DNA of 63,766 nt, filler included, from Chiloscyllium plagiosum (Eukaryota), in NCBI RefSeq assembly GCF_004010195.1. It is 6 parts of one record of this genome, joined end to end, with 100 filler letters (N's around TTAATTAATTAA, not from the genome) between each part and the next. Parts side by side here need not be neighbours in the genome. Positions count along the whole stretch, not along the records: positions 25,417 to 34,094 come from NC_057717.1; positions 34,195 to 44,423 come from NC_057717.1; 4 more parts are not named here. One strand, 5' to 3'. The notes under the pieces are model-generated. The model did no database searches. It saw only the letters and a program-made list of their open reading frames with translations, and was not told the DNA's origin. The translations under genes were made by a program, and so were the position numbers. This document shows, piece by piece, positions 25,417 through 36,800 of this stretch (its first letter is position 1; each line of letters starts with the position of its first letter).

Positions 25417-25745
25417 TAAGATTAACTGGCCTGTAATTCCCGGGGTTATCCCTATTCCCTTTTTTGAACAGGGGTACAACATTCGCCACTCTCCAGTCCC
25501 CTGGTACCACCCCCGTTGACAGTGAGGCTGGAAAGATCATTGCCAACGGTACTGCAATTTCCTCTCTTGCTTCCCACATAATCATAGGATATATCCCATC
25601 AGGCCCGGGGGACTTGTCTATCCTCAAGTTGTTCAAAATGTCCAACACATCTTCCTTCCTAACATGTATAGCTTCTAGCTTACCAGTCCGTTTCACACTC
25701 TCCTCTTCAACAATACGGTTCCTCTCATTCGTAAATACTGAAGAA
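25417..25745 (-). mobile_element. CR1 ORF2 fragment (young)
   Basis: 'DKSPGPDGIYP...VPGDWRVANVVPLFKKGNRDNPGNYRPVNL'. Confidence 0.92.
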
Positions 25746-25869
25746 ATACTGATGTTTTGTGATTTTTAACCTTATTACTTGTGGTAATCATAAATGATGC
25801 ACCTGTGAATATGGACGAGGGGTGGGGCCGGGTGATAAGTATGTTTGTGTTTGATACAATGATTGTCCG

Positions 25870-28350
25870 GGTGGTTAGCAGTGAGGAGGAAAGTCTTATG
25901 TTTCAGGAAGATACAGATGGAATGGTCAGATGGGTGGATCAATGGCAGATGGAATGACACTAGGAAGGTCAGAGGGTGCTTCTCCACACATCCCTGAATG
26001 TGACCGGACAAGTTAATACACAATTTGAGAAAGCATAGTGGACCGTTAACATAGCCTTTATTCTTCAAAGCATAGATTATCAGAGCTATGCGGAACTTTG
26101 ATTTGGCTAAGTTGAAATACTGTGTGTCGTTCTGGGAACCACATTACAGGAAGGATGTGATTGCACTCGAGGGGTTGCAGAGGAGATTCGCCAGGATGTT
26201 CCCTGGAATAGTGCATATCAGCCATGGAGAGAGGCTGGATAAGCTCGGGTTGTTTAGTTTGCAAGAAAGAAGGCTGAGGGGGATGTGATTCAGAAGGATA
26301 AGATTACGGGGGACATTGACAGGGTGGATAGACAGCAGCTGTTCCTTTTAGACAAAGGCCTATAATTTAAAAGTGAAGGCTTTGAGGTTTCGTGAGGATT
26401 TGAGGACTGTTTTTCACCCAGAGTGTGTTAGGGTCTGCAATGCGCTTCTTGAGACAGGAATTGTTATGGTAACCTCACAACCATTAGAAATTACTAATGT
26501 GCACTTGAAATGCCGTAAGATTCACGGCTACAGACTTTGTGTCGGAAAGTAGGGCTAATGTCGACTGTGCTGTTTTTCTGATGGTACAGAGTCTGTGCTT
26601 CTGTGATTGTGTGGTTGTGGAAGGTCAATTATTGAGTCGCTTAAGATAGGAATTGATGGGTTTCTGAAAAATATCTTATCAACTCTTATGTGAGTGAACT
26701 TCTAATATCTTCTGAAAATATATCAGTGGCAAAATTAAGAGAAAAAATGCAGCTTTCTTAAAGTCTGTTACCGGATAATTGAGGACAGGGAAATAGCAGA
26801 AGTATGGAGCAAATACTTCAGTTATGCCTTCACAGAACAAAGAAAAACAATAAAGAAAACTTTCTAGAAACACGAGGGAACTTTAGTCTGGTGAGAAAAA
26901 GGGAATAATGAAATTAGCAACTAACAGTTTTAGAGAAAGTATTGGATTGAAAATAATGGGTATAGACAAAGTGAACAGAGATTTATGAAATGGGAATCAT
27001 ATTTGAGAAACTGGCTTTTAGCAAAATTGTGGAGACGTTATCAATGCCATACGATTGGAATCTCAGAAAGAGTTTTGATAAAGCCCCAAGCCTTTTGTAC
27101 AAATTCGAATCCTGTGGGACTTGGGTTAATATATGGTCATGGTTTTAGAATGGGAGAGCTGCCAGGAAACACTGAGTAGGAATAAAACCAAGATTTTTGA
27201 ATGGAAGGCTTGGATGATATAATAAGGATCGGGATTTGGGATCCAGCTATTCCCAGTACACATCATACCTTTGGTTGAGGGGCTCAAATGCAATATCCCC
27301 ACTGCAATATCCGCTGACAGCACGAAACGATATCATTTTGAGAGTGGGTGACGAGGATGTAAAAAAAAGCTTCAAGGTGATTGAGACAAGTGGAGTGACT
27401 GGGCAAATACCTGGCAGATGGAGAGCAATGGGAGAGATGTGATGTTGTGTTCGTTGATGGGAAAATACAATGGCAGCCCATCATTTGAAAAGAGATTGGT
27501 TGAAGAATGTTGCTCTATAAAGGAACGTAAGCTGCATTTTTGTTTATTTCTGTGCAGCCCTCTGAGTCCATGTAGGGCAGTGAGTTCTGAGCATGGAAGT
27601 CAATACTGGGAATGGCATGAGCACGTTGACCAATGTATATAAACGCAGCAAGTGGGGAGCTGTAACATTGACAAGAATCTTGATCTCCCTGTACACCAGT
27701 CACTGAAAGCAATGTTGCAGGAGCAGTAAGCAGTTTGGAAGATAAATAGTGCATTGAGCTTCAGTTAAGGGAGATTTGAATACATGAGTAGGGGTCATTT
27801 ACTGCAGCTGTACAGGGCCTTGATGAGACCCAATCTTGAACATTGTGCAATATTGTGTGCAATTTTGGCCTCCTTACCTAATAAAGGGAAAAACTGTGAC
27901 ATTGGGGGAGTGCAGTGAATGATGAGCAGACAGATCTCTGGGATGACAGGCTTGTTGTGGGAGCAGAGTTTGGGGCACATGAGCCTGTATTCCATGGGCT
28001 TTAGGAAAATGAGTGAAGATCTCATTGAAATACATAAAACTCTGTTAGGGCGAGTCAAATTGGAAGCAGGGATGATAATTCCCCGGGCTAGGGTACCTAA
28101 TACAAGGAACCACAGCCATATCATATTTAATAACTACGTGTTATCGGAGAACTGCCTATATATTGAATGGAGGAGCAAAATTGATGGATCGAAGGAATTA
28201 TAGCAGTTCCTATTTTATAATTCACAATGTTTAAACATATTCAGAGAAATGAACACTGTATGAGGAAAACTGCATTGAGGAGACGTTTGGCCATGAATTA
28301 GCATGGGGAAAGCTCAATGTGTTGAATGGCCTCCTCTTTTCCCAATGTTT
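25870..28350 (+). mobile_element. Cluster of degenerate CR1 fragments
   Basis: 'LKYCVSFWEPHYRKDVIALEGLQRRFARM' (26088-26288) and 'DLIEIHKTL' (27919-28203); 3' UTR-like ends. Confidence 0.7.
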
Positions 28351-29115
28351 CTGTGCAGTCTGTGGGAGAGCTCTGTAAATGTTGTCATAAGCTCTCAGCT
28401 GTTAGGAAGGAGGCCTCTGCAGGGTCAACAGGACTGTGTTTCCCATTCCCTTTTCCGATACTGAGACTGGGGCCGGTGTTCTGTCCGGTTATATCCTTTA
28501 AGAACTTGGAGCAGTTTGGTACAAAGAGTGTCTTGCTTGGCCGATTCAGAGACCATTGAAGAGTTTATCACGTCTGTGCATCTGGAGTCACTTTTAGGCC
28601 AGACCAGGAAAGCACTGGAAATTCACTTCCTGAAAATATATTGGTGAAGAAGATCAATGTTTACAATCAACATTGGACACAAGATCACTATTACTGACAC
28701 CAGATTTTAGGTCTTGATATTTTATAGTTACTTTTAACTTCCACCAGCTGCCAGACCATTAGGCTGGTCTGGATTAGCAATCCATTGACATTTCTACAAC
28801 AGCACCATCTCCACATAGGGACATATCGGCAACCACACTGGCCTGGTTCGTTTTGTGCTGCTTGAAAGCTCTGTCAAAAAGAATTCCCACCAATTTGAAT
28901 GTCGTGATGGGACTGAAGGGGCGGTAAATGGTCAGATTTTAGTTGTTCCCCTCTTAGGGGATTGGACATAGTTGAGTAATTTTCCAGATTGCCAGGCGGA
29001 TGTCAGAGTTGGAGCTGGAATGAAACAACTTCCTCAGGGAAACAGCTTGTTGTGCAGCACAAGTCTTCAGACCTATTGCAGGAATTGTGTCAGGGCTCAT
29101 TGTCTTTGCCGTTTC

Positions 29116-30797
29116 TACTGTGTTCAGTTATTTCTTCATGTCACGTGCAGCGAATCGAATTGATTGAAAACTGGCATCTGTGATTCTGTGGTATCATGAT
29201 GAGGGTGAGGTGTATCATCCACTCAACAATACTTCATCCGTAATGACATCTTCTGTGTTCGAAGTGAATGTGCCTCCCTCTGTTTTTCGCCCTGACCATG
29301 ATTAAGAGATCCGTAGTGTCAGTGATGCGAGTCTTATGCAGCTTCAGAATCAAGGAACTTGTCACCATGCATTATCGTTCAGTCCCCAGTGTACGGTGCT
29401 CCAGGTTGGATGGGATGTTTGAGCATCTTTGACATACTTCTTCAGAAATTGTTCAAAAACAGAAATTGCTTAAGCAACTGCAGTTGATGTTGCAACATCT
29501 TCTGGAGTGAATGCAGAGTGAAACTTTCAGGGCCAGTGACCCTCTACAAAGCTCCCAGTTTCTCCAACAATTTTTGTAGTTTTATTTGCAGAATCCAGTT
29601 ATTTATTTAACTGAAAATTTGTTCTGAGCCCATTCATTTCTGGAGAAACTCAGCAGATCTGTCTGCATCTGCAGAGACAGGGAAACAGAGCGTTTCTCGC
29701 CCAGTGTGACACTTCTTCAGAACTGAAAAGGATTGGAAACTGATATTTTTAATCCCTTGCCAGAGGTTGGAGATGGGTGACAGGGAAAAGAGGGTGTGGC
29801 AAAGATAAACAGGCGCTTAACAGGGGTGAACAAGAAGCGTATAAAGAACGGGTTTAAATTAAGACCTGGCTGGAGAAAAGGGATTCTCTCTATGAGTGCA
29901 AGATAAAGAAGACACAATCACACAAGGTCATGGGGAGGCCAGGAGGGAGAAGGTACTGTGTTCAGTTATTTCTTCATGTCACGTGCAGCGAATCGAATTG
30001 ATTGAAAACTGGCATCTGTGATTCTGTGGTATCATGATGAGGGTGAGGTGTATCATCCACTCAACAATACTTCATCCGTAATGACATCTTCTGTGTTCGA
30101 AGTGAATGTGCCTCCCTCTGTTTTTCGCCCTGACCATGATTAAGAGATCCGTAGTGTCAGTGATGCCAGTCTTATGCAGCTTCAGAATCAAGGAACTTGT
30201 CACCATGCATTATCGTTCAGTCCCCAGTGTACGGTGCTCCAGGTTGCATGGGATGTTTGAGCATCTTTGACATACTTCTTCAGAAATTGTTCAAAAACAG
30301 AAATTGCTTAAGCAACTGCAGTTGATGTTGCAACATCTTCTGGAGTGAATGCAGAGTGAAACTTTCAGGGCCAGTGACCCTCTACAAAACTCCCAGTTTC
30401 TCCAACAATTTTTGTACTTTTATTTGCAGAATCCATAGTTATTTATTTAACTGAAAATTTGTTCTGAGCCCATTCATTTCTGGAGAAACTCAGCAGATCT
30501 GTCTGCATCTGCAGAGACAGGGAAACAGAGTTAGCGTTTCTCGCCCAGTGTGACACTTCTTCAGAACTGAAAAGGATTGGAAACTGATATTTTTAATCCC
30601 TTGCCAGAGATGGGAGATGGGTGACAGGGAAAAGAGGGTGTGGCAAAGATAAACAGGCGCTGAACAGGGGTGAACAAGAAGATGATAAAGAACGGGTTTA
30701 AATTAAGACGTGGCTGGAGAAAAGGGATTATCTCTATGAGTGCAAGATAAAGAAGACACAATCACACAAGGTCATGGGGAGGCCATGAGGGAGAAGG
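29116..30797. repeat. Tandem duplication, 2 x ~840 bp
   Basis: TACTGTGTTCAGTTATTTCTTCATGTCACG at 29116 and 29954; near-identical; each contains a degenerate Penelope-type repeat. Confidence 0.95.
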
Positions 30798-31054
30798 TTG
30801 ACTATGTGACATTATATATATCTGGCCATAACTACGTCTTCATTGTCGAGATCATCACCCCTTTTAGACAAATGAATTCAGGTGTTTGACTTCTTATTGG
30901 AACTAGTAGATGTTTCTTGCTGTCTTAGTATTATAATATGGAGAAAAACAAATAACAGTATGAAGTTTGGGCTGAGTATTGTTTTACTGTCATGTTTAAT
31001 ATAGTGTCACATTTGCAGTGCTTATCTTTAAATGCTTGTTCTTGAAGTTAGTAT

Positions 31055-32350
31055 TGGAGTGTAGAAGGTTGAGGGGTGACATTATAGAAGTTTATAAAAT
31101 CATGATAGGCATGGATAGGGTGAATAGCCACGGTCTTTTCCAAGGGAAGGGGGAGTTCAAACATAGAAGACATAGTTTTAAGGTGAAAGAGGGAGATTTA
31201 AAAGGAACAAAGGAGCAACAGTTTTACACAGTGGGTGGTGTGGGTATGAAATGAGCTGCGAGAGGAAGAGTGGTAGATGCATGTACAGCTGCAACATTTA
31301 AAAGTCATTTGGACAAACAAATGAATGGGAAACATTTCCGGGCATATGGGCCACATGAAAGCAGATGGGACTAGCCTAAGTTGGAAATCCTGGCCAGCAT
31401 GAACATTTAGAAAAGCTTCACGTAGAGTCAGTGTGGTTTTGTGAAAGGGAATTATACTTTGCCCTGTAAAATCATGCAAAGTACTTCTAGAGATGCCTGA
31501 GAATGTAACAAGCGCACTTGATAAAGGGGATCTGGTAGAAACCAGGCTTTCCAGAGATTTTCCACAAGGTATTACAGAATAAAAGCTCTTACAAAGACAG
31601 AAGTTCGTAGGATGACGGCTAATGTGATAACATGGGATAATGATTGGTTAACACATAGAAACCGGAGAGTCAGGATTAATGGATCTTCATGATCAAGGTG
31701 AATCTGCTGGAGTACCACAAATATCAGTCAAATGGCATCAGTTATTTACATTCTATACTGATAGCCTGACGGCGGGAGCTGATTGCAATACACATCCGAA
31801 GTTGTGGATGACTGAGAATCAAAAGGCAGGCTGTTATTTAATGGAGGGAACTTCCAGAAAAGGAGCAGTACAAAGGATTGGAGTGGTCCTGTGTATGAAA
31901 CATAAAGTCAGCATGCTGATGCAGCAAGTAACTAGGTTGGTTCATTAGGCAGCTTCCTGGGCTGAAAGGGTTGAGTTGTTGAGAATCTCTAAGATGGTGA
32001 GGCGATTATTCATTGGGCTTTAAATGAATGTGGAGTGATACCACAGAAAAATACAAGACACGGAAGGGGCTTGAGAAGGTAGATATTGACAAGTTCTTTC
32101 CACTGCTGGGTGGAGTCTCAAACTCGAAGATATAGATACCGAATATGGAACATCGATTTCAATCTGAGACGCAGAGTGATGTCTTCTCTCAGAAGGTAGT
32201 AAATGTCCGAAATTCCATAATCCAGAGAGGTATGGAGGGATACACGGAGTCGGCAAGAAAGTGGAGTTGAGCCCTGGAGTAGATCAGCCATGTTCTTATT
32301 ACACGACAGGGCAAACCTGAGGGGCCGAATAGCCTACTCTTGTTCCTATT
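31055..32350 (+). mobile_element. Two degenerate CR1 fragments
   Basis: 'LECRRLRGDIIEVYKIM' (31018-31254); second fragment ends GGCCGAATAGCCTACTCTTGTTCCTAT. Confidence 0.7.
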
Positions 32351-32774
32351 TATTCATTTCACATGTTTTGTATTTGGAAAGTAACTGTTTTTATTCCTAG
32401 CAGTTGTGTTGTGCAATGTTGCATTCAGGGAGAGCAGATGATTTGTTTGAGTTAACCCCGGGTGGGGTATGGGGGCTCTATTCCCAGCGTATGTGGGTCT
32501 GCAACATGACCCACATCTGGAAGCAGGGATTGAGTGGGGTCGCTTCCTGACCCAGCTGGATTTTACAAATACATTTTCAAAACTACACCGAGCCATCGGA
32601 GTGACCTTGATCTGCCCTTGTATAGCAAGTCTGATGAGTTGAATAGAACATGAGAACACAGGGCTGAGGGACACGAGTGGGCCATTCGGCCCTTTGAAAC
32701 TACTCCACGGGTAAATAAAAGAGGAAATGCTGGAAAATCTCAACAGGACTGGCAGCATCCGTAAGGACAGAAAA

Positions 32775-32815
32775 CAGCTGACGTTTCGAGTCTAACTGAC
32801 CCTTTGTCAAAGCTA
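32775..32815 (-). ncRNA. Minimal hammerhead ribozyme, U3-A8 core variant, in Penelope-type repeat (~32712-32890)
   Basis: Minus strand AGCT-TTGACAA-A-GGGTC-AGTTA-GACTC-GAAA-CG-TC-AGCT: stem I AGCU/AGCU, 5-bp stem II, GUC cleavage triplet. Confidence 0.7.
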
Positions 32816-32994
32816 AAAAAAGGTGAGAAATAGGGAAGTATTTTTCCTCGTATAAATAGCTCCCTATTTCTCCCCTTTCTTTCGCTTTGGTGATATGGCC
32901 AACGATAAAGGATCAGACTGGATCCGATTCAGTGATAGGAACAAGTCAGGCAGATTTCTTTAGTCAGCCACAAGTAAGGCATAGACCTAACGGA

Positions 32995-33339
32995 TGCGCA
33001 TGGTGGATGTTTGGTAAGCACTGTTACCTACCATCACCAAGGCGCTGGGTTCAATTCTAAACTCGGGCGACGCTCTGTGTGAAGTTTGAGCATTCTCTTT
33101 GCAGGTATCTGCGTGGGTATCCTCACAATGCTCCAATTTCCTCCCACAGTCCAAAGATATGCAGTTTAGAGTGGATTGGCCATGCTAAATTGCCCATAGT
33201 GACTAGGGATGTGTAGCTTAGGTTGGTTAGTCATGGGAAATGCAGGATTACATGGAAAGGGTACGGGGATCAGGTCCGGGGGGATGCTTTTCGGAGGGTC
33301 AGTGTGGATTTGCTGAATGGGATATCCTGCTTCCACACC
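32995..33339 (+). mobile_element. Degenerate HE1-type SINE
   Basis: TTTCCTCCCACAGTCCAAAGATATGCAG...GGATTGGCCATGCTAAATTGCCCATAGTG as in the young copies. Confidence 0.8.
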
Positions 33340-33839
33340 NNNNNNNNNNNNNNNNNNNNNNNNNNNNNNNNNNNNNNNNNNNNNNNNNNNNNNNNNNNNN
33401 NNNNNNNNNNNNNNNNNNNNNNNNNNNNNNNNNNNNNNNNNNNNNNNNNNNNNNNNNNNNNNNNNNNNNNNNNNNNNNNNNNNNNNNNNNNNNNNNNNNN
33501 NNNNNNNNNNNNNNNNNNNNNNNNNNNNNNNNNNNNNNNNNNNNNNNNNNNNNNNNNNNNNNNNNNNNNNNNNNNNNNNNNNNNNNNNNNNNNNNNNNNN
33601 NNNNNNNNNNNNNNNNNNNNNNNNNNNNNNNNNNNNNNNNNNNNNNNNNNNNNNNNNNNNNNNNNNNNNNNNNNNNNNNNNNNNNNNNNNNNNNNNNNNN
33701 NNNNNNNNNNNNNNNNNNNNNNNNNNNNNNNNNNNNNNNNNNNNNNNNNNNNNNNNNNNNNNNNNNNNNNNNNNNNNNNNNNNNNNNNNNNNNNNNNNNN
33801 NNNNNNNNNNNNNNNNNNNNNNNNNNNNNNNNNNNNNNN
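33340..33839. other. 500-N scaffold gap (also 39789-40288 and 55313-55812)
   Basis: Three runs of exactly 500 N, i.e. fixed-size joins of unknown true length. Confidence 0.97.
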
Positions 33840-34194
33840 TCAGATCTGTTTGTCAAGTGTGGTAGCTTTAATGGGTTCGTTTAGGTTCACATGGTTCTGA
33901 CACAGTCATGTTCACCCACAGTCATTACTGAAACATAGATCATATTGATAGTAATGGCAGACTGAGGAGATTATCCGAGGGAAAATGTTACAGGTTGTGG
34001 TTGAATGCTGTTTTGCTTCTGCTGCTGTAGTCTACAGCACTACATAAATACACAGTTTTGAGCTGCAATATCTGCAATGCAATTCTGCTCTCTGNNNNNN
34101 NNNNNNNNNNNNNNNNNNNNNNNNNNNNNNNNNNNNNNTTAATTAATTAANNNNNNNNNNNNNNNNNNNNNNNNNNNNNNNNNNNNNNNNNNNN

Positions 34195-34720
34195 CCCCTC
34201 ACACTCACTCCATCACTATCACCCTGACCCCTTCACATTCACTCAATGACCGTCATTCTTACCCTCTCACACTCACTCTATCACCGTCACACTGACTCCC
34301 ACACACTCACTCCGTCACCGTCAAACTGACCCCCTAACTCTCACGACATCAGCATCACACTGACCCTGTCACACTCACTCCATCACCACCACCCCGGCCC
34401 CCTCACACTCACTCCATTATCCTCACACTGACCCCCTCAGATGCATTACATCACTGTCACATTGACCCCCTCACACTCACTTCCATCCCGTTACACTGAC
34501 TCCCACACACTCACTCCTTAACCGTCACTCTGACCCCCTCACACTCACTCCATCGCGGTCACCCTGATCCCCTCAAACTCACTCCATCAGCGTCGCACTG
34601 ACCCCTCACACTCACTCCATCACGATCACACTGACTCCCACACACTAACTCCATCAACGTCACCCTGACCCTCTCACACTCACTCCATCTCCGTTACCCT
34701 CACCCTCTCACACTCACTCT
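34195..34720. repeat. C/A-rich minisatellite, ~33-bp unit
   Basis: Repeated CACACTCACTCCATCACCGTCACACTGACCCCT variants. Confidence 0.9.
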
Positions 34721-35354
34721 CAAGTGCCCTTTGAAATGGGTAAGCCAGTCATTCAGGTATAACACTACGAGGTCTAAAAGAAGTGAAACCAGACAGACCT
34801 AAGCACTGGCAGCCGACAGTACGACGAAGCACAGTAGTTCAGAAAGGCAGTTCCCCAGCACCTTCTCAAGAGCAACTGAGAAAGAAAAATAAATACTGGC
34901 CCAGCCAACACCACCCAGGTCCAATTAATGAAGTAAAGAAGAAAATCACACTCAGGCAAGAGAGATAGAGGGGACAGATCTCACTTCAAACAGGGACTTG
35001 GACATATACCTACACAGGCACGATACTCGGGAATATGGGAAGAGGTGAAAAATAAATAAAACTACTTTCATATTTTATTTTCATCCCAGCTGATTATCAA
35101 CAATCCCGTGGTTTGTTGTTTTTATTTCTTTCTCTCTCTCTATTTCTCCGTACATTCATCTCACTTCAGCAACTCACATTACACTATTTCCCAGCTTCTT
35201 TCAGATCTGCTGTACGGTAAGGGGACTCAAAATGCTAAATGTTTTTCACTCGACAGAGACTGGCAAACCTGCTCCGTTTCCCTGGCACTATATTTCTTTT
35301 TGGTTCAGATCTGCAGTATCTTTCTTTGCTTGATTTGATTTCTATTTTTCTTAT

Positions 35355-35692
35355 TTGAGAGGACATTGGCCCATTGAGCCCACATTGACCTTCTGCAGAG
35401 CATTGCACACAGACCCACCTCATTCATTATTCCTGCACTTCCCTTGGATAGCCCGCCTCCTCCCATATTCCTGCATTTCCCATAGCGTACACACCTAGCT
35501 GCACACGATGGGTAATGTAGCATCGTCTATTCACCAAATCTATTTGTACTGTGGGAAGAACTTGGAGCCCCTGGAGGAAACACTTGCAGGCATGGGGAGA
35601 ATGTGAAAACTAAAGACAAACAGACCTGAAGGTGGAAGCTAACCGGAACCTTTGTATTGTGAGACAGCCGTGCTAATCATTGAGACACCGTG
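35355..35692 (-). mobile_element. Degenerate HE1-type SINE adjoining the satellite
   Basis: ACTGTGGGAAGAACTTGGAGCCCCTGGAGGAAACACTTGCAGGCATGGGGAGAATGTGAAAACT resembles the minus-strand copy at 13600. Confidence 0.75.
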
Positions 35693-36800
35693 TTCCCCTC
35701 CTGCTCGCCCACAAACTGCGTCCCTGGTACTTTGGGACAGCCGTGCTAACCACTGAGACACCATTCCCCCTCCCCCAATCTGTGTCCCTTGTACAGTGAG
35801 ACAGCTGTGCTAACCATGGAGACACCATGCCTCCACCCCTCCCTCCCAAACCGGGTCCCTGGTACTGTGAGACAGCCGTGCTAACCACTGAGACACCCCT
35901 CCCCCTCCCCCAATCTGTGTCCCTTGTACAGTGAGACAGCTGTGCTAACCATGGAGACACCATGCCTCCACCCCTCCCTCCCAAACCGGGTCCCTGGTAC
36001 TGTGAGACAGCCGTGCTAACCACTGAGACACCCCTCCCCCTCCCCCAATCTGTGTCCCTTGTACAGTGAGACAGCTGTGCTAACCATGGAGACACCATGC
36101 CTCCACCCCTCCCTCCCAAACCGGGTCCCTGGTACTGTGAGACAGCCGTGCTAACCACTGAGACACCCCTCCCCCTCCCCCAATCTGTGTCCCTTGTACA
36201 GTGAGACAGCTGTGCTAACCATGGAGACACCATGCCTCCACCCCTCCCTCCCAAACCGGGTCCCTGGTACTGTGAGACAGCCGTGCTAACCACTGAGACA
36301 CCCCTCCCCCTCCCCCAATCTGTGTCCCTTGTACAGTGAGACAGCTGTGCTAACCATGGAGACACCATGCCTCCACCCCTCCCTCCCAAACCGGGTCCCT
36401 GGTACTGTGAGACAGCCGTGCTAACCACTGAGACACCCCTCCCCCTCCCCCAATCTGTGTCCCTTGTACAGTGAGACAGCTGTGCTAACCATGGAGACAC
36501 CATGCCTCCACCCCTCCCTCCCAAACCGGGTCCCTGGTACTGTGAGACAGCCGTGCTAACCACTGAGACACCATGCCCCCTCCCCCCAAACGGGATCCCT
36601 GGTACTGTGAGACAACCGTGCTAACCACTGAGACACCATGCCCCACCCCTCCCCCAAACCGGGTCCCTGGTATCGTGAGACAGCCGTGATATCCACTGAG
36701 ACAACATGCCCCATTACCACTAAACGGGGTCCCTTGTACTGTGAGACAGTCGTGCTAACGCCTGAGAAAACATGCCCTCTCTCCGTCCCACTTCCCCATC
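35693..36800. repeat. Higher-order tandem repeat, 135-bp dimer of SINE-head-derived monomers
   Basis: CCGGGTCCCTGG at 35851, 35986, 36121, 36256, 36391, 36526 (exact 135-bp period); diverged monomers at both edges. Confidence 0.95.

Noticed and set aside
35673..36563. 296-aa repetitive Gly-rich ORF, the longest in the window
   Set aside because: By-product of a 135-bp (45-codon) stop-free satellite; no ATG start, splice context or domain.
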